Positions 1-17,479 of a DNA stretch of 64,000 nt are shown here, in pieces. This DNA is from Escherichia coli. Lineage in GTDB: Bacteria > Pseudomonadota > Gammaproteobacteria > Enterobacterales > Enterobacteriaceae. Location: assembly GCF_036507355.1 (NCBI RefSeq), contig NZ_AP027877.1, one strand, 5' to 3'. The translations under genes and the position numbers were made by a program. The notes beneath the pieces are model-generated. The model saw only the letters and a list, made by a program, of their open reading frames with translations, was not told where the DNA came from and searched no databases. Numbering within the stretch: position 1 is the first letter of the stretch; every line of letters starts with the position of its first letter.

Positions 1-252
1 AAAAGGCGCTCGGCATCGAATTCAGTCGCGTCGCATGTTTTTTGACAAATTCCTGGAACGCAGAGTGGTAGTGACCATAGCGAATAGAAGCACCAATGAC
101 CACACGGTCATAATTTTCCCATTGTGGTTCTTCAATGCGGTGCACATTGGCGACATCCGTCTGGATCCCCAGTTCTTTCAGTTCCGAAGCCAGGTAGGAG
201 GCAATCTCGCGCGTTTGTCCGTCCCTTGTTGAGAAAAGAATTAATGTTTTCA
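1..252 (-). CDS. hemG: Protoporphyrinogen oxidase HemG, N-terminal part only (gene runs off the window start); GTG start
   Basis: Minus-strand translation reads [31 protein letters not shown]..., matching the flavodoxin-like HemG N-terminus; GGAG RBS upstream of the GTG at 250-252. Confidence 0.85.
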
Positions 253-264
253 CGTATTACTCCA

Positions 265-1716
265 TCATTCACGCCAGAAAGTCGGGGTAAAGAGCACCAG
301 CAATGTAAAGACCTCGAGACGACCAAACAGCATGTTGGCAATCAGGATCCATTTAGCCACCGGGTTCATACTGGTAAAGTTATCAGCAACCACGCCAAGC
401 CCTGGCCCCAGGTTATTCAATGTCGCAACAACTGAGGCAAAGGCAGAAAAGTCATCCACGCCCGTGGCGATAATCGCCAGCATACTGACAATAAACACCA
501 ATGCATAGGCGGAGAAAAATCCCCAAACGGCTTCGAGGATACGTTCCGGCAGTGCGCGATTCCCCAGCTTAATGCTATAGACGGCGTTCGGATGCACCAG
601 TCGTTTCAGCTCACGGTTCCCCTGCTTAAACAGCAGCAGGATGCGGATCACTTTCAGGCCACCGCCCGTTGACCCGGCACAACCGCCGATAAAAGCCGAA
701 CATAAAAGCAGTACCGGCAAAAAGAGCGGCCAGCGGGCAATGCTGTCAGTCGTAAACCCGGCGGTTGTCGCCATCGACACCACCTGGAAAAACGCCTGGT
801 TAATTGTCATCAGCGCCGAACTGTAGACATTATGAAACCACAGTACGAGGGTACAAATAACCACCAGCGTAAACTGTACGCCGATAAACATGCGAAATTC
901 CGGATCGCGCCAATAAACCTTCAGACTACGCCCACTTAACAGTGAAAAGTGCAGACCGTAGTTACAGCCGGAGATCAGCAGGAAGATAGCAATGATAGTG
1001 TTAATAGTCGGGCTATCGAAATAACCGATACTGGCATCATGTGTCGAGAAGCCGCCAATAGCGATAGTCGCAAAGCTATGGCCGATGGCATCAAAGGCAT
1101 CCATTCCGGCAAACCACAACGCCAGCGCACAGGCGACGGTCAGCAAGACATAAATCAACCACAGGGTTTTCGCCGTTTCCGCAATTCGCGGGCGCATTTT
1201 GTTATCTTTCAGCGGGCCGGGCATTTCTGCGCGATAGAGCTGCATCCCACCCACGCCGAGGATAGGCAGTATCGCAACCGCTAACACGATGATCCCCATC
1301 CCGCCAAACCATTGCAGCATCTGGCGATAAAAGAGGATGGCGTGAGGGAGCGAATCCAGCCCCACCAGCGTAGTGGCCCCGGTGGTGGTCAGGCCAGAGA
1401 AAGATTCAAAAAACGCATCGGTAATCGTGAGGTTCGGGCTTTCCGAGAAGATAAAAGGGAGCGCACCGACACTACCCAGCACGGTCCAGAACAGCACCAC
1501 TATCAGAAACCCCTCACGGGATTTCAGTTCGCCCTTCTCTTTGCGGTTCGGCCACCACAGCATAGAGCCAATGGCGAGGGCGACAAAAAAGGTCTGGGTA
1601 AAAGCGCGGCCCGCTCCATCCCGGTAGATGAGTGCTACCAGCCCAGGGATAATCATGGTCCCTGAAAATAAGATGACCAGTAGTCCAACGATTCGGGTAA
1701 TGGCGCGAAAATGCAT
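265..1716 (-). CDS. trkH: Trk potassium uptake protein TrkH
   Basis: 483-aa polytopic membrane ORF starting MHFRAITRIVGLLVILFSG; conserved position next to hemG. Confidence 0.93.
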   Translation of the reverse strand: MHFRAITRIVGLLVILFSGTMIIPGLVALIYRDGAGRAFTQTFFVALAIGSMLWWPNRKEKGELKSREGFLIVVLFWTVLGSVGALPFIFSESPNLTITDAFFESFSGLTTTGATTLVGLDSLPHAILFYRQMLQWFGGMGIIVLAVAILPILGVGGMQLYRAEMPGPLKDNKMRPRIAETAKTLWLIYVLLTVACALALWFAGMDAFDAIGHSFATIAIGGFSTHDASIGYFDSPTINTIIAIFLLISGCNYGLHFSLLSGRSLKVYWRDPEFRMFIGVQFTLVVICTLVLWFHNVYSSALMTINQAFFQVVSMATTAGFTTDSIARWPLFLPVLLLCSAFIGGCAGSTGGGLKVIRILLLFKQGNRELKRLVHPNAVYSIKLGNRALPERILEAVWGFFSAYALVFIVSMLAIIATGVDDFSAFASVVATLNNLGPGLGVVADNFTSMNPVAKWILIANMLFGRLEVFTLLVLFTPTFWRE

Positions 1717-1754
1717 CTCTGCCGCTTCCTTAGTTCTGCAAAACGAAGTGGGGA

Positions 1755-2372
1755 TTATTCTTCAATCGCTAACAATTGCAATGAACCACGGCTAAAATCC
1801 GCCAGCTTTGCGGAAAATTCAGCCACTTTCGCCGCCGGAAGCGCCACCCGCAGCAGAACGAATGCCTGATAATCACTGTTGATAATTTTGCCGTCACACT
1901 GCCCCAGCAACGCTTCAATGCCGGTTAACTGACTATATTCACATTGCAAAGTATATTCGGTTAATGGCGTCTTGCGTTGGGTCGTTAGCTGGCGCAGCGC
2001 CTGATTCACGCCGCCGCCATACGCTTTCACTAACCCACCGGTGCCAAGCAATATGCCGCCGTAGTAGCGCACCACCACAGCGGTAATTTCCCCAACGCCG
2101 CTGCCCATTAGCTGGGCGAGCATCGGTTTACCTGCCGTTCCCGCCGGCTCCCCATCGTCAGAGAACCCCAGCTGTTGTGAATCATCCGGCGCACCCGCCA
2201 CCCACGCCACGCAATGGTGGCGGGCATCGGGGTGTTCTGCCCGCACCGATTCAACAAACGCTTTCGCCGCCTCAACGCCATCGGTATGCGCCAACATCGT
2301 TATGAAGCGGCTTTTTTTGATCTCTTCAACGACCGTGACCGGTGCCGCAGGAATTAACCAGCTTTCCATCAC
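1755..2372 (-). CDS. yigZ: IMPACT-family protein YigZ
   Basis: 205-aa ORF; position between trkH and pepQ; 4-bp overlap with the pepQ stop. Confidence 0.85.
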
Positions 2373-3700
2373 GCCAGTTTCAGATCCCGGGTCATGTTTT
2401 CCACGTTGTTTTCGTGGATCACCACGTTGTCTTCGATACGAATGCCGCCGAACGGTTTCAGTGCTTCAATTTTCTGCCAGTTGAAGTGCTTGCTGAACTG
2501 CCCTTCACGCCACGGTGCCAGTAGCGATTCAATGAAGTAGATACCCGGTTCGATGGTTAACACCATGCCCGGCTGGAGAATACGGGTGCAGCGCAGGTAC
2601 GGATATTTTGCCGGTGCCGCGAGGTGCGTACCGCTATCATCCTGCATAAAACCGGCGACGTCATGCACCTGCAGGCCCAGCGGATGGCCGATACCGTGCG
2701 GCATAAACGGTCCGGTGAGATCGTTTTCGACCATCGCTTCTTCACTCATATCGGTGATGATTTGATGTTTACGCAGCAGTTTGGCGATGCGCTGATGGAA
2801 CTGGATGTGGTAATCCACATAGCTAACGCCAGCTTTCATGGTCGCGATCAGCGCCAGTTGTTCATCATTTACGTCTTTCACCAGCTGTGCGTAGTCGTTG
2901 TCGCTTTTTGCCGACCAGGTACGGGTCAGGTCAGCGGCATAGCCGTTATATTCGGCCCCGGCATCCAGCAGGAAGCTGCGCATCTCTTCCGGCGCCTGAT
3001 GATCCAGTTTGGTATAATGCAGCACCGCAGCGTGTTCGTTGAGCGCCACAATGTTGCTGTAAGGTACGTCGGTATCACGATGACCGGTCGCAGTCAGATA
3101 GGCAATATTGATATCGAACTCGCTCATGCCAGAACGGAACGCTTCTTCTGCCGCGCGATGACCGTTGACCGCCATTTTCTGCGCTTCACGCATACAAGCC
3201 AGCTCGTACTCGGTTTTGAAGGAGCGGTAGTAATGCAGGTAGTCGATAACCCCTTTCGGGTTGATATTGCTGGCCTCAATACCCAGTTGCAGCGCACGTT
3301 CCGGCACCGGACCGATATAACCGATATTGCCGCGCGCAGCAGGCAACAGACTACCAATTCCATCGGCTTTCGGCAGCGCGATCACTTCTACATCTTCAGT
3401 CCAGAAGGAGGTCGGCAGCGGTTCGACGTTGTGCCAGTAATCAACCGGCAGATAAAACCACAGTTTCGGCTTGTTCACGCCATCCACCAACAACCAGCAG
3501 TTTGGCACCTGAGTTACCGGCACCCACGCTTTGAATTGCGGGTTCACTTTAAACGGATAGGGATGATCGTCGAGAAAAACATTGAACAGCTCGCCGGAGT
3601 GAATAAGTAACGCATCCAGCTTGAAGCGCGCCAGCGCATCGCGAGTCCGTTCTTGTAAGGTAGCTATATGATTTTTATAGAGCGAGGCCAGTGATTCCAT
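2369..3700 (-). CDS. pepQ: Xaa-Pro dipeptidase PepQ
   Basis: 443-aa ORF with metallopeptidase M24 character ([13 protein letters not shown]); divergent from fadB. Confidence 0.92.
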
Positions 3701-3847
3701 TTTTTACCCTTCTGTTTTTTTGACCTTAAGTCTCCGCATCTTAGCACATCGTTCATCCAGAGCGTGATTTCTGCCGAGCGTGATCAGATCGGCATTTCTT
3801 TAATCTTTTGTTTGCATATTTTTAACACAAAATACACACTTCGACTC

Positions 3848-3864
3848 ATCTGGTACGACCAGAT
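3848..3864. promoter_or_regulatory. FadR operator palindrome in the fadBA promoter
   Basis: ATCTGGTACGACCAGAT perfect palindrome about 25 bp upstream of the fadB ATG. Confidence 0.75.
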
Positions 3865-3889
3865 CACCTTGCGGATTCAGGAGACTGAC

Positions 3890-6079
3890 ATGCTTTACAA
3901 AGGCGACACCCTGTACCTTGACTGGCTGGAAGATGGCATTGCCGAACTGGTATTTGATGCCCCAGGTTCAGTTAATAAACTCGACACTGCGACCGTCGCC
4001 AGCCTCGGCGAGGCCATCGGCGTGCTGGAACAGCAATCAGATCTAAAAGGGCTGCTGCTGCGTTCGAACAAAGCAGCCTTTATCGTCGGTGCTGATATCA
4101 CCGAATTTTTGTCCCTGTTCCTCGTTCCTGAAGAACAGTTAAGTCAGTGGCTGCACTTTGCCAATAGCGTGTTTAATCGCCTGGAAGATCTGCCGGTGCC
4201 GACCATTGCTGCCGTCAATGGCTATGCGCTGGGCGGTGGCTGCGAATGCGTGCTGGCGACCGATTATCGTCTGGCGACGCCGGATCTGCGCATCGGTCTG
4301 CCGGAAACCAAACTGGGCATCATGCCGGGCTTTGGCGGTTCTGTACGTATGCCACGTATGCTGGGCGCTGACAGTGCGCTGGAAATCATTGCCGCCGGTA
4401 AAGATGTCGGCGCGGATCAGGCGCTGAAAATCGGTCTGGTGGATGGCGTAGTCAAAGCAGAAAAACTGATTGAAGGGGCGATGGCGATTTTACGCCAGGC
4501 CATTAACGGCGACCTCGACTGGAAAGCGAAACGTCAGCCGAAGCTGGAACCGCTAAAACTGAGCAAGATTGAAGCCACCATGAGCTTCACCATCGCTAAA
4601 GGGATGGTCGCACAAACGGCGGGGAAACATTATCCGGCCCCCATCACCGCAGTAAAAACCATTGAAGCTGCGGCCCGTTTTGGTCGTGAAGAAGCCCTAA
4701 ACCTGGAAAACAAAAGTTTTGTCCCGCTGGCGCATACCAACGAAGCTCGCGCACTGGTCGGCATATTCCTTAACGATCAATATGTAAAAGGCAAAGCGAA
4801 GAAACTCACCAAAGACGTTGAAACCCCGAAACAGGCCGCTGTGCTGGGCGCAGGCATTATGGGCGGCGGCATCGCTTACCAGTCTGCGTGGAAAGGCGTG
4901 CCGGTTGTCATGAAAGATATCAACGACAAGTCGTTAACCCTCGGCATGACCGAAGCCGCGAAACTGCTGAACAAGCAGCTTGAGCGCGGCAAGATCGATG
5001 GTCTGAAACTGGCTGGCGTGATCTCTACAATCCACCCAACGCTCGACTACGCCGGGTTTGACCGCGTGGATATTGTGGTAGAAGCTGTTGTCGAAAACCC
5101 AAAAGTGAAAAAAGCCGTACTGGCAGAAACCGAGCAGAAAGTACGCCCGGATACCGTGCTGGCGTCTAACACTTCAACCATTCCTATCAGCGAACTGGCC
5201 AACGCGCTGGAACGTCCGGAAAACTTCTGCGGGATGCACTTCTTTAACCCGGTACATCGGATGCCGTTGGTGGAAATTATTCGCGGCGAGAAAAGCTCCG
5301 ACGAAACCATCGCGAAAGTCGTCGCCTGGGCAAGCAAGATGGGCAAAACGCCAATTGTGGTTAACGACTGCCCCGGCTTCTTCGTCAACCGTGTGCTGTT
5401 CCCCTATTTCGCCGGTTTCAGCCAGCTGCTGCGCGACGGCGCGGATTTTCGCAAGATCGACAAAGTGATGGAAAAACAGTTTGGCTGGCCGATGGGTCCG
5501 GCATATCTGCTGGATGTCGTGGGCATTGACACCGCGCATCACGCTCAGGCGGTGATGGCAGCAGGCTTCCCGCAGCGGATGCAGAAAGATTATCGCGATG
5601 CCATCGACGCGCTGTTTGATGCCAACCGCTTTGGTCAGAAGAACGGCCTCGGTTTCTGGCGTTATAAAGAAGACAGCAAAGGTAAGCCGAAGAAAGAAGA
5701 AGACGCCGCTGTTGACGACCTGCTGGCAGAAGTCAATCAGCCGAAGTGCGATTTCAGCGAGGAAGAGATTATCGCCCGCATGATGATCCCGATGGTCAAC
5801 GAAGTGGTGCGCTGTCTGGAAGAGGGCATTATCGCCACTCCGGCAGAAGCGGATATGGCGCTGGTCTACGGCCTGGGCTTCCCTCCGTTCCACGGCGGCG
5901 CGTTCCGCTGGCTGGACACCCTCGGCAGCGCGAAATACCTCGATATGGCACAGCAATATCAGCACCTCGGCCCGCTGTATGAAGTGCCGGAAGGTCTGCG
6001 TAATAAAGCGCGTCATAACGAACCGTACTATCCACCGGTTGAGCCAGCCCGTCCGGTTGGCGACCTGAAAACGGCTTAA
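3890..6079 (+). CDS. fadB: Fatty acid oxidation complex alpha subunit FadB
   Basis: Start [25 protein letters not shown] with GGAG RBS; the ORF-track start at 3764 is an upstream extension running through the FadR operator. Confidence 0.95.
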   Translation: MLYKGDTLYLDWLEDGIAELVFDAPGSVNKLDTATVASLGEAIGVLEQQSDLKGLLLRSNKAAFIVGADITEFLSLFLVPEEQLSQWLHFANSVFNRLEDLPVPTIAAVNGYALGGGCECVLATDYRLATPDLRIGLPETKLGIMPGFGGSVRMPRMLGADSALEIIAAGKDVGADQALKIGLVDGVVKAEKLIEGAMAILRQAINGDLDWKAKRQPKLEPLKLSKIEATMSFTIAKGMVAQTAGKHYPAPITAVKTIEAAARFGREEALNLENKSFVPLAHTNEARALVGIFLNDQYVKGKAKKLTKDVETPKQAAVLGAGIMGGGIAYQSAWKGVPVVMKDINDKSLTLGMTEAAKLLNKQLERGKIDGLKLAGVISTIHPTLDYAGFDRVDIVVEAVVENPKVKKAVLAETEQKVRPDTVLASNTSTIPISELANALERPENFCGMHFFNPVHRMPLVEIIRGEKSSDETIAKVVAWASKMGKTPIVVNDCPGFFVNRVLFPYFAGFSQLLRDGADFRKIDKVMEKQFGWPMGPAYLLDVVGIDTAHHAQAVMAAGFPQRMQKDYRDAIDALFDANRFGQKNGLGFWRYKEDSKGKPKKEEDAAVDDLLAEVNQPKCDFSEEEIIARMMIPMVNEVVRCLEEGIIATPAEADMALVYGLGFPPFHGGAFRWLDTLGSAKYLDMAQQYQHLGPLYEVPEGLRNKARHNEPYYPPVEPARPVGDLKTA

Positions 6080-7252
<1,173 letters not shown>

Positions 7253-7257
7253 CCACT

Positions 7258-7372
7258 TGCCGGATGCGGCGTGAACGCCTTATCCGGTCTACCGATCCGG
7301 CACCAATGTAGGCCTGATAAGACGCGCCAGCGTCGCATCAGGCATCGTGTGCCGAATGCCGGATGCGACATA
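7258..7372. repeat. BIME: cluster of three REP palindromic units
   Basis: Repeated GCCGGATGCGGCGTGAACGCCTTATCCGG-type and GTAGGCCTGATAAGACGCG-type palindromes. Confidence 0.85.
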
Positions 7373-7412
7373 GATCTAAATGCCACTGAATAAAGTTTTA
7401 GTTGCCGTTCTT

Positions 7413-7438
7413 CCCGCCTGTCAGGGGCGGGTTTTTTT
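7413..7438 (+). terminator. Rho-independent terminator after fadA (between convergent fadA and fre)
   Basis: CCCGCC-TGTCAG-GGCGGG stem-loop followed by a run of Ts. Confidence 0.7.
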
Positions 7439-7443
7439 ATATC

Positions 7444-8145
7444 TCAGATAAATGCAAACGCATCGCCAAACAGGCGATCTTCCCGCGCATTACGCTCACT
7501 GCAAAACAGGTCACGGGCAATTTTCGCCATCTCAAAACGTCCGGCAATATAGATATCATGCTCTGCCAGCGTACCGTGATCCTGCAATACCGCCGTTAAC
7601 ACGGTGCCAGTACGCCCACGCCAGCCCGCTTCCGGTTGTTCAACCACCGGCACCACTTGCAGACCAGGATGCTTCAACGAAAGCGCCTCAAGCTCGCAGA
7701 GATCATACAGATGCTGCTCTTCACGCCCGCCCCAGTAAATGGTGATATCACGGTTTGGGTTACGCGCCAACGCTGTCAGCAAAATCGAGCGGGCATAAGA
7801 GAACCCGGTGCCGCCCGCAATCAAAATCATCGGACGCTCTTCATCATCGCGCAGCCACGCTTCTCCGTGGGGAATATCGACCACGATTTGATGATCTTTG
7901 AGGATGCGGTCCATGACTGCTTTCGCGTAAAGGTTGATTTCAGAAGCGCCAATATGCAGCTCGATAAACCTTTTTTCATCCGGCGTCGAAGCCATTGAGA
8001 ACGGACGTTTGTCGCGCTCATCCATCACTACCATCAAATACTGACCAGCACGAAAAGAAAAGGCCGCGTCTGGCACGATGCGGACACGATATACGGTATC
8101 CGTGATAGCTTCTACCGAGGTCACTTTACAGCTTAAGGTTGTCAT
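7444..8145 (-). CDS. fre: NAD(P)H-flavin reductase Fre
   Basis: Start placed at [21 protein letters not shown] (233 aa); ORF track extends 11 codons further upstream. Confidence 0.9.
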
Positions 8146-8190
8146 GCGCTTTCTCTGTCGGATCGATAAATAGGGCAAAACAAACGCGCA

Positions 8191-9684
8191 TCAGGCGCTT
8201 TTACCGTTGTTAAAAATAGCCAGTTCATCCCAGATGGCGTCAATATGCGCGACAACATCTGGATCTTTTTTGATGGGACGTCCCCATTCACGCTGGGTTT
8301 CCCCCGGCCATTTATTCGTGGCATCCAGCCCCATTTTTGAACCCAGCCCGGAGACAGGCGAGGCAAAATCCAGATAATCAATAGGCGTATTTTCTACCAG
8401 AACAGTATCCCGCGCCGGGTCCATACGGGTGGTAATCGCCCAAATCACATCGTTCCAGTCGCGTGCGTTGACGTCATCATCGCAAACGATCACAAATTTA
8501 GTGTACATAAACTGGCGTAAGAACGACCAGACGCCCATCATGACGCGCTTCGCGTGTCCGGCGTACTGTTTTTTGATCGTCACTACCGCCAGACGATAAG
8601 AACAGCCTTCCGGCGGCAGGTAAAAATCGACAATTTCCGGGAACTGTTTTTGCAGAATCGGCACGAACACTTCGTTCAACGCCACGCCCAGTACCGCGGG
8701 CTCATCTGGCGGACGCCCGGTATAGGTGGAATGGTAAATCGCATCTTCACGCTGGGTAATATGCGTCACGGTAAATACCGGGAAACTATCGACTTCATTA
8801 TAGTAACCGGTGTGGTCGCCATACGGCCCTTCCGGCGCAGTTTCGCCTTGTTCGATATACCCTTCCAGCACAATCTCCGCACTGGCGGGCACTTCAAGGT
8901 CATTGGAGATACACTTTACTACTTCGGTTTTGGTGCCGCGTAGCAATCCGGCAAACGCATACTCTGAAAGCGTATCCGGAACGGGGGTGACTGCACCGAG
9001 AATCGTGGCGGGATCGGCACCCAGCGCCACAGAAACCGGGAAACGTTCGCCCGGATGCGCCGCACACCACTCCTGATAATCCAGCGCGCCGCCGCGATGC
9101 GACAGCCAGCGCATAATCAGTTTGTTTTTACCAATCAGCTGCTGGCGATAAATGCCCAGATTCTGCCGCTCTTTATGCGGGCCGCGCGTCACTGTCAGCC
9201 CCCAGGTAATCAGCGGCGCGGCATCTTCCGGCCAGCAGGTCATAATGGGAATGCGATTGAGATCGACGTCATCGCCAGAGACGATTTTTTGTTGGCAGGG
9301 CGCACCACGCAGCCGCTTTGTCGGCATGTTCAATACTTGCTTAAACTGCGGCAGTTTATCAAACAGGTCGCGGAAACCTTTTGGCGGCTCCGGCTCTTTC
9401 AGAAACGCCAATAATTTACCAACTTCACGCAGCGCCGAAACATCTTCCTGCCCCATGCCCATCGCCACGCGCTTTGGCGTACCGAACAGATTGCACAGCA
9501 CCGGCATTGAGTAGCCTTTAGGGTTTTCGAATAACAGCGCAGGCCCACCGGCACGCAAAGTGCGGTCAGCAATTTCAGTGATTTCCAGATGCGGATCCAC
9601 CGGGAGCGTGATACGTTTTAGCTCACCCTGCTGTTCAAGCAGCGTCAAGAAGTCGCGTAAATCGTTATATTTCATGGCGTCCAT
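8191..9684 (-). CDS. ubiD: 4-hydroxy-3-polyprenylbenzoate decarboxylase UbiD
   Basis: 497-aa ORF starting [25 protein letters not shown]. Confidence 0.95.
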   Translation of the reverse strand: MDAMKYNDLRDFLTLLEQQGELKRITLPVDPHLEITEIADRTLRAGGPALLFENPKGYSMPVLCNLFGTPKRVAMGMGQEDVSALREVGKLLAFLKEPEPPKGFRDLFDKLPQFKQVLNMPTKRLRGAPCQQKIVSGDDVDLNRIPIMTCWPEDAAPLITWGLTVTRGPHKERQNLGIYRQQLIGKNKLIMRWLSHRGGALDYQEWCAAHPGERFPVSVALGADPATILGAVTPVPDTLSEYAFAGLLRGTKTEVVKCISNDLEVPASAEIVLEGYIEQGETAPEGPYGDHTGYYNEVDSFPVFTVTHITQREDAIYHSTYTGRPPDEPAVLGVALNEVFVPILQKQFPEIVDFYLPPEGCSYRLAVVTIKKQYAGHAKRVMMGVWSFLRQFMYTKFVIVCDDDVNARDWNDVIWAITTRMDPARDTVLVENTPIDYLDFASPVSGLGSKMGLDATNKWPGETQREWGRPIKKDPDVVAHIDAIWDELAIFNNGKSA

Positions 9685-9805
9685 TGTAGCCTCTTAATCT
9701 GCGCCCATTATACGGCGTTCATCTTTGCGATGCTGTAAATTTGTTAAATTAGCGTGAACTCTGACGGTATAACGCAAACCGGGGAATATAATTAACTTAG
9801 CGTAA

Positions 9806-11130
<1,325 letters not shown>

Positions 11131-11159
11131 ATGACAACCGCCCTGACGGGCGGTTGAAT

Positions 11160-11936
11160 TTATTCTTCAGTTTTTTCGCTTTCTGCTTCAGCGTCGTTTT
11201 CCTCTTCCCGATTTCGCCCTTTACCAACGTAAAAGCGTGAGAAGAAGACACCGATTTCAAACAAACAGTACATCGGGATCGCCAACAGCGTTTGCGAGAA
11301 GACATCCGGCGGCGTCAGCAACATCCCGACAACGAATGCACCAACCAGCACATACGGGCGTTTTTTGCGTAAGTCTTCTGGCGAGGTAATCCCCATCCAG
11401 CACAGCAGCACAATTGCCACAGGCACTTCAAAGGAGACACCAAACGCCATAAACAACGCCATAACGAAGCTTAAATAGCTGGCGATGTCGGTGGATACCT
11501 GCACCCCTTCCGGCGCGGTATTGGCAAGGAAGCCAAATGCCAGCGGAAAGACCACAAAGTAGGCGAACGCCATACCGATATAAAACAGCAGAGAGCTGGA
11601 AACCAGCAACGGCACCACCAGGCGACGTTCATGCTTATACAGCGCTGGGGCGATAAATGCCCACACCTGATAGAGAATCACCGGCGCTGACAGAATCAGC
11701 GACACCATAAAGGTCAGCTTGATCGGCGTAAAGAACGGCGAGGCCACGTCGGTGGCGATCATCGTTGAACCTTGCGGCAACTGCTTGATCAATGGCGCGG
11801 ATACCAGGTGATAGATGTCATTGGCGAAATAGACCAGACACAGGAATATCACGATCACCGCGATAATGCAGTTCAGCAGACGCTTACGCAGCTCAATCAG
11901 ATGCGTGATAAGCGGTTGAGTATCTTCTACAGACAT
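11160..11936 (-). CDS. tatC: Twin-arginine translocase subunit TatC
   Basis: 258-aa polytopic membrane [24 protein letters not shown]. Confidence 0.95.
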
Positions 11937-11938
11937 GT

Positions 11939-12454
11939 TTACGGTTTATCACTCGACGAAGGGGAAGGTGCAGCGGTTTTCGGTTCAGCGTCCGCAGCAG
12001 GTTTTACCACCGGCTCTGGCGTGGTTTCTGGCTTCTGTTCCGGCGAACTGGCCTGCGTTTGTGCAGCGGCAGGCGTTACGCCCTCATGCGCAGCTTCATT
12101 ATCTTTCACCACCGGGTTATGGATGGTGTGCGCTTCATCACTCGCCTTTTCAGGATCGTTTGCAACGTAGGAACGCTTCATCGACTCCGCGGCCTGGCGT
12201 AATTCATCCATCGACGCTTTCAGTTCGGGCGTCAGGTTAGTGAGGCTCGCCTTTTCAACCTTTTTCAGACTGTCCTGAAACTCCTGGAGTTTTAACTCCT
12301 GGGTCAGTTCGTTCTGCACCGTTGTCGCCAGTGAACGCAACGCGCGAATCCAGCCCGCTACCGTTTTTACCGCCACAGGCAGTCGTTGCGGCCCCAGAAC
12401 GACGAGGCCGATGATGAACACCAATAGCAGTTCGCTAAAACCGATATCAAACAC
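11939..12454 (-). CDS. tatB: Twin-arginine translocase subunit TatB
   Basis: 171-aa [29 protein letters not shown]. Confidence 0.95.
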
Positions 12455-12457
12455 GGA

Positions 12458-12727
12458 TTACACCTGCTCTTTATCGTGGCGCTTCGCGTCTTCTGTTTTA
12501 GCCTGTTCCTGATTCGTATCCGCCTGCTTATCGGCGATAGTTTTCGCAGTAAAATCAGCATCCTGACTGGTTTTATCCTGCTTTGGTTCATCATCGCTCA
12601 TTGCTTTTTTAAAGCCTTTGATCGACGCACCAAGATCGGAACCGATGGAGCCGAGCTTTTTGGTGCCAAAAAGCAGTACAACGATGACGGCAATAATCAA
12701 TAACTGCCAAATACTGATACCACCCAT
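12458..12727 (-). CDS. tatA: Twin-arginine translocase subunit TatA
   Basis: Start placed at [27 protein letters not shown] (89 aa); ORF track extends 14 codons upstream. Confidence 0.92.
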   Translation of the reverse strand: MGGISIWQLLIIAVIVVLLFGTKKLGSIGSDLGASIKGFKKAMSDDEPKQDKTSQDADFTAKTIADKQADTNQEQAKTEDAKRHDKEQV

Positions 12728-12805
12728 ACATGTTCCTCTGTGGTAGATGATGATTAAACAAGGCCGCATTATACGTTACACGGCCCGCCTTGAGCGATGA
12801 AAAAA

Positions 12806-15048
<2,243 letters not shown>

Positions 15049-15061
15049 TTCCGGTCTCCTG

Positions 15062-15817
15062 TCAGAACTTATAACCACGATGCAGCGCCACAACCCCTGC
15101 CGTCAGATTGTAGTAGTCGACACTTTCGAATCCGGCATCCTGCATCATGGCTTTCAGGGTATCCTGATCGGGATGCATACGGATGGATTCTGCCAGATAA
15201 CGGTAGCTGTCGGCGTCGTTCGCGACCAGTGAGCCAATACGCGGCAGCACATGGAAGGAGTATGCATCATAGGCTTTGCTCAGCGGCTCGATAATTGGCT
15301 TCGAGAACTCAAGCACCAGCAGGCGGCCGCCGGGTTTCAGCACGCGATACATTGAACGCAGTGCTTTATCTTTGTCGGTGACGTTACGCAGACCAAACGA
15401 AATGGTGATGCAATCAAAGGTGTTATCCGGGAACGGCAGCGCCTCAGCGTTCGCCTGAACATACTCAACGTTGCCAATCACACCGATATTACGCAGCTTC
15501 TCGCGGCCCATTTTGAGCATGGATTCATTGATATCAGCAAGGACCACTTTGCCAGTTTCTCCGACCAGGCGGGAGAATTTCGCTGTCAGGTCGCCGGTGC
15601 CACCAGCCAGATCCAGCACGGTCTGCCCACGGCGTACGCCGCTGCAATCAGTCGTGAATCGCTTCCACAAACGATGAATACCAAATGACATCAAATCATT
15701 CATGACATCGTATTTTGATGCCACGGAATGGAAAACGTGGGCGACCATATCCGCTTTTTGTTCCTTCGCGACGGTCTGAAAACCAAAGTGCGTCGTTTCT
15801 TGTGACTTATCCACCAT
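15062..15817 (-). CDS. ubiE: Ubiquinone/menaquinone C-methyltransferase UbiE
   Basis: 251-aa ORF with SAM-methyltransferase motif [10 protein letters not shown]. Confidence 0.95.
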   Translation of the reverse strand: MVDKSQETTHFGFQTVAKEQKADMVAHVFHSVASKYDVMNDLMSFGIHRLWKRFTTDCSGVRRGQTVLDLAGGTGDLTAKFSRLVGETGKVVLADINESMLKMGREKLRNIGVIGNVEYVQANAEALPFPDNTFDCITISFGLRNVTDKDKALRSMYRVLKPGGRLLVLEFSKPIIEPLSKAYDAYSFHVLPRIGSLVANDADSYRYLAESIRMHPDQDTLKAMMQDAGFESVDYYNLTAGVVALHRGYKF

Positions 15818-15911
15818 CTCAATGCCTGCTCATCAAAAAATTGTTCCAGAAGTGTAACAGATTGGGCGTCGATGCCCTAGATTTCTACCCGGCTTAACTA
15901 CTCCCAATGGG

Positions 15912-17339
15912 CTAGCGCGACTGCTGATTATATTCATCATCGCGTTGATAAGCTTCATCATTCGGCTGCTCCGGAACCGACCGAAGTCGATAATCTTCAT
16001 CCTGGCTCACCGCCTGTTCAGCCAAATCCGGATTAATCTCGCGTTTAATTTCTACTCCTAAACCGCGAAACGCTTCTGCCTGCGCCAGCACATTTCCGCG
16101 CCCTGAAGAGAGTTTTTTCATTGCCTGCCGATAGTTATCCTGCGCTTTGTCGAGACTTTGACCAATCGCGGACATGTCATCGATGAACAAACGCATCTTG
16201 TCGTACAGCTTGCTGGCACGATCGGCGATTTGCTGGGCGTTGCGGCTTTGATGCTCATAACGCCATAGGTTGGCGATAGTGCGCAGCGCCACCAGCAGCG
16301 TAGTCGGGCTAACCAGCATGATATTGTTTTTCAACGCTTCGGTGATCAGCTCCGGCTGGCGGTCAAGCGCCAGTAAAAAAGCGGGTTCAACGGGAATAAA
16401 CATCAGCACGTAATCCAGAGTTCGCAGCCCCGGCAGCTGTTGATAATCTTTGCGTCCCAGCAAACGGATATGGTTACGCACCGACGCGATATGTTCCTGT
16501 AGCGCGCTTTCGCGGGTGTAGTCGTCTTCGGCGTTAAAATAGCGTTCATAGGCGACCAGCGTCATTTTGGCGTCGATCACCACATCTTTTCCCTGCGGCA
16601 GCCGCACGATGACATCCGGCTGCATCCGCGAGCGGGCGTCATTTTCGATGCTGACCTGGGTTTCATATTCATACCCTTCACGCAGACCGGAAGCCTCCAG
16701 CACCCGCGTCAATACTACCTCGCCCCAGTTGCCCTGGGTTTTATTGTCGCCTTTCAGCGCGCGCGTCAGGTTGATCGCTTCCTGGGCCATTTGCGCGTTG
16801 AGTTGCTGGAGATTGCGAATTTCGTGGGTCAGGGTATGGCGTTCTTGTGCTTCTTTACCGAAGCTGTCCTGAACCTGACGGCGGAAACCGTCCAGTTGTT
16901 CACGTAGCGGCGACAACAGGCTGTTCAGACTCTGACGGTTTTGCTCATCAACCCGGCGATTGCTGTGCTCAAAAATACGGTTGGCGAGGTTTTCAAACTG
17001 CTCACTGAGGCGCTGCTCGCTGTTAATCATCTGGCGAATTTTATCGTCAGCATGTTGCTGTGCGGCTTCCATCCGCGTGGTTACTTCACGCAGATCGGCC
17101 TCCAGAGAGGTGTTAATACTTTGCAGGCTGCGCACTTCGTTATTGAGTAACTCGCACTCTGCACGCCAGTGCTCGCTTTGGGTAATTTGTTGTTTTGCCG
17201 CGCTTAACTCCGCGACCATCTCTTCACGTTCAGCTAATTGCTCGGCTTTTTGCTGCGCATGTTGATAACTGGCAAACAGCCAGCCAATTGCCACACCCAC
17301 CAACGCAATAACTGCGTAAACCATGATTGAGAAATCCAC
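15912..17339 (-). CDS. rmuC: DNA recombination protein RmuC
   Basis: 475-aa ORF with N-terminal TM segment and long coiled-coil region. Confidence 0.92.
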   Translation of the reverse strand: MDFSIMVYAVIALVGVAIGWLFASYQHAQQKAEQLAEREEMVAELSAAKQQITQSEHWRAECELLNNEVRSLQSINTSLEADLREVTTRMEAAQQHADDKIRQMINSEQRLSEQFENLANRIFEHSNRRVDEQNRQSLNSLLSPLREQLDGFRRQVQDSFGKEAQERHTLTHEIRNLQQLNAQMAQEAINLTRALKGDNKTQGNWGEVVLTRVLEASGLREGYEYETQVSIENDARSRMQPDVIVRLPQGKDVVIDAKMTLVAYERYFNAEDDYTRESALQEHIASVRNHIRLLGRKDYQQLPGLRTLDYVLMFIPVEPAFLLALDRQPELITEALKNNIMLVSPTTLLVALRTIANLWRYEHQSRNAQQIADRASKLYDKMRLFIDDMSAIGQSLDKAQDNYRQAMKKLSSGRGNVLAQAEAFRGLGVEIKREINPDLAEQAVSQDEDYRLRSVPEQPNDEAYQRDDEYNQQSR

Positions 17340-17431
17340 AACGCCTCCTGACGCAACAACTTACCCGCACAAAATAGAATTGTGCTGTACAAACGTCCAG
17401 TTGGAAAGGCATTTCCTGCGAGGCGCTACGC

Positions 17432-17462
17432 AAAAATACAAAAGGCCGAACGCGTCGGCCTT
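17432..17462 (-). terminator. Rho-independent terminator downstream of udp
   Basis: AAGGCCGA-CGCG-TCGGCCTT stem-loop followed by a T-run on the minus strand. Confidence 0.7.
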
Positions 17463-17479
17463 CAGACAGGAGAAGAGAA

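Noticed and set aside
2624-3610. 328-aa plus-strand ORF
   Set aside because: Entirely antisense within pepQ; His/Arg-rich low-complexity translation typical of a shadow frame.
3764-3889. Upstream extension of the fadB ORF (track start at 3764)
   Set aside because: The extension runs through the FadR operator and promoter; the real start [12 protein letters not shown] at 3890 has a good RBS.
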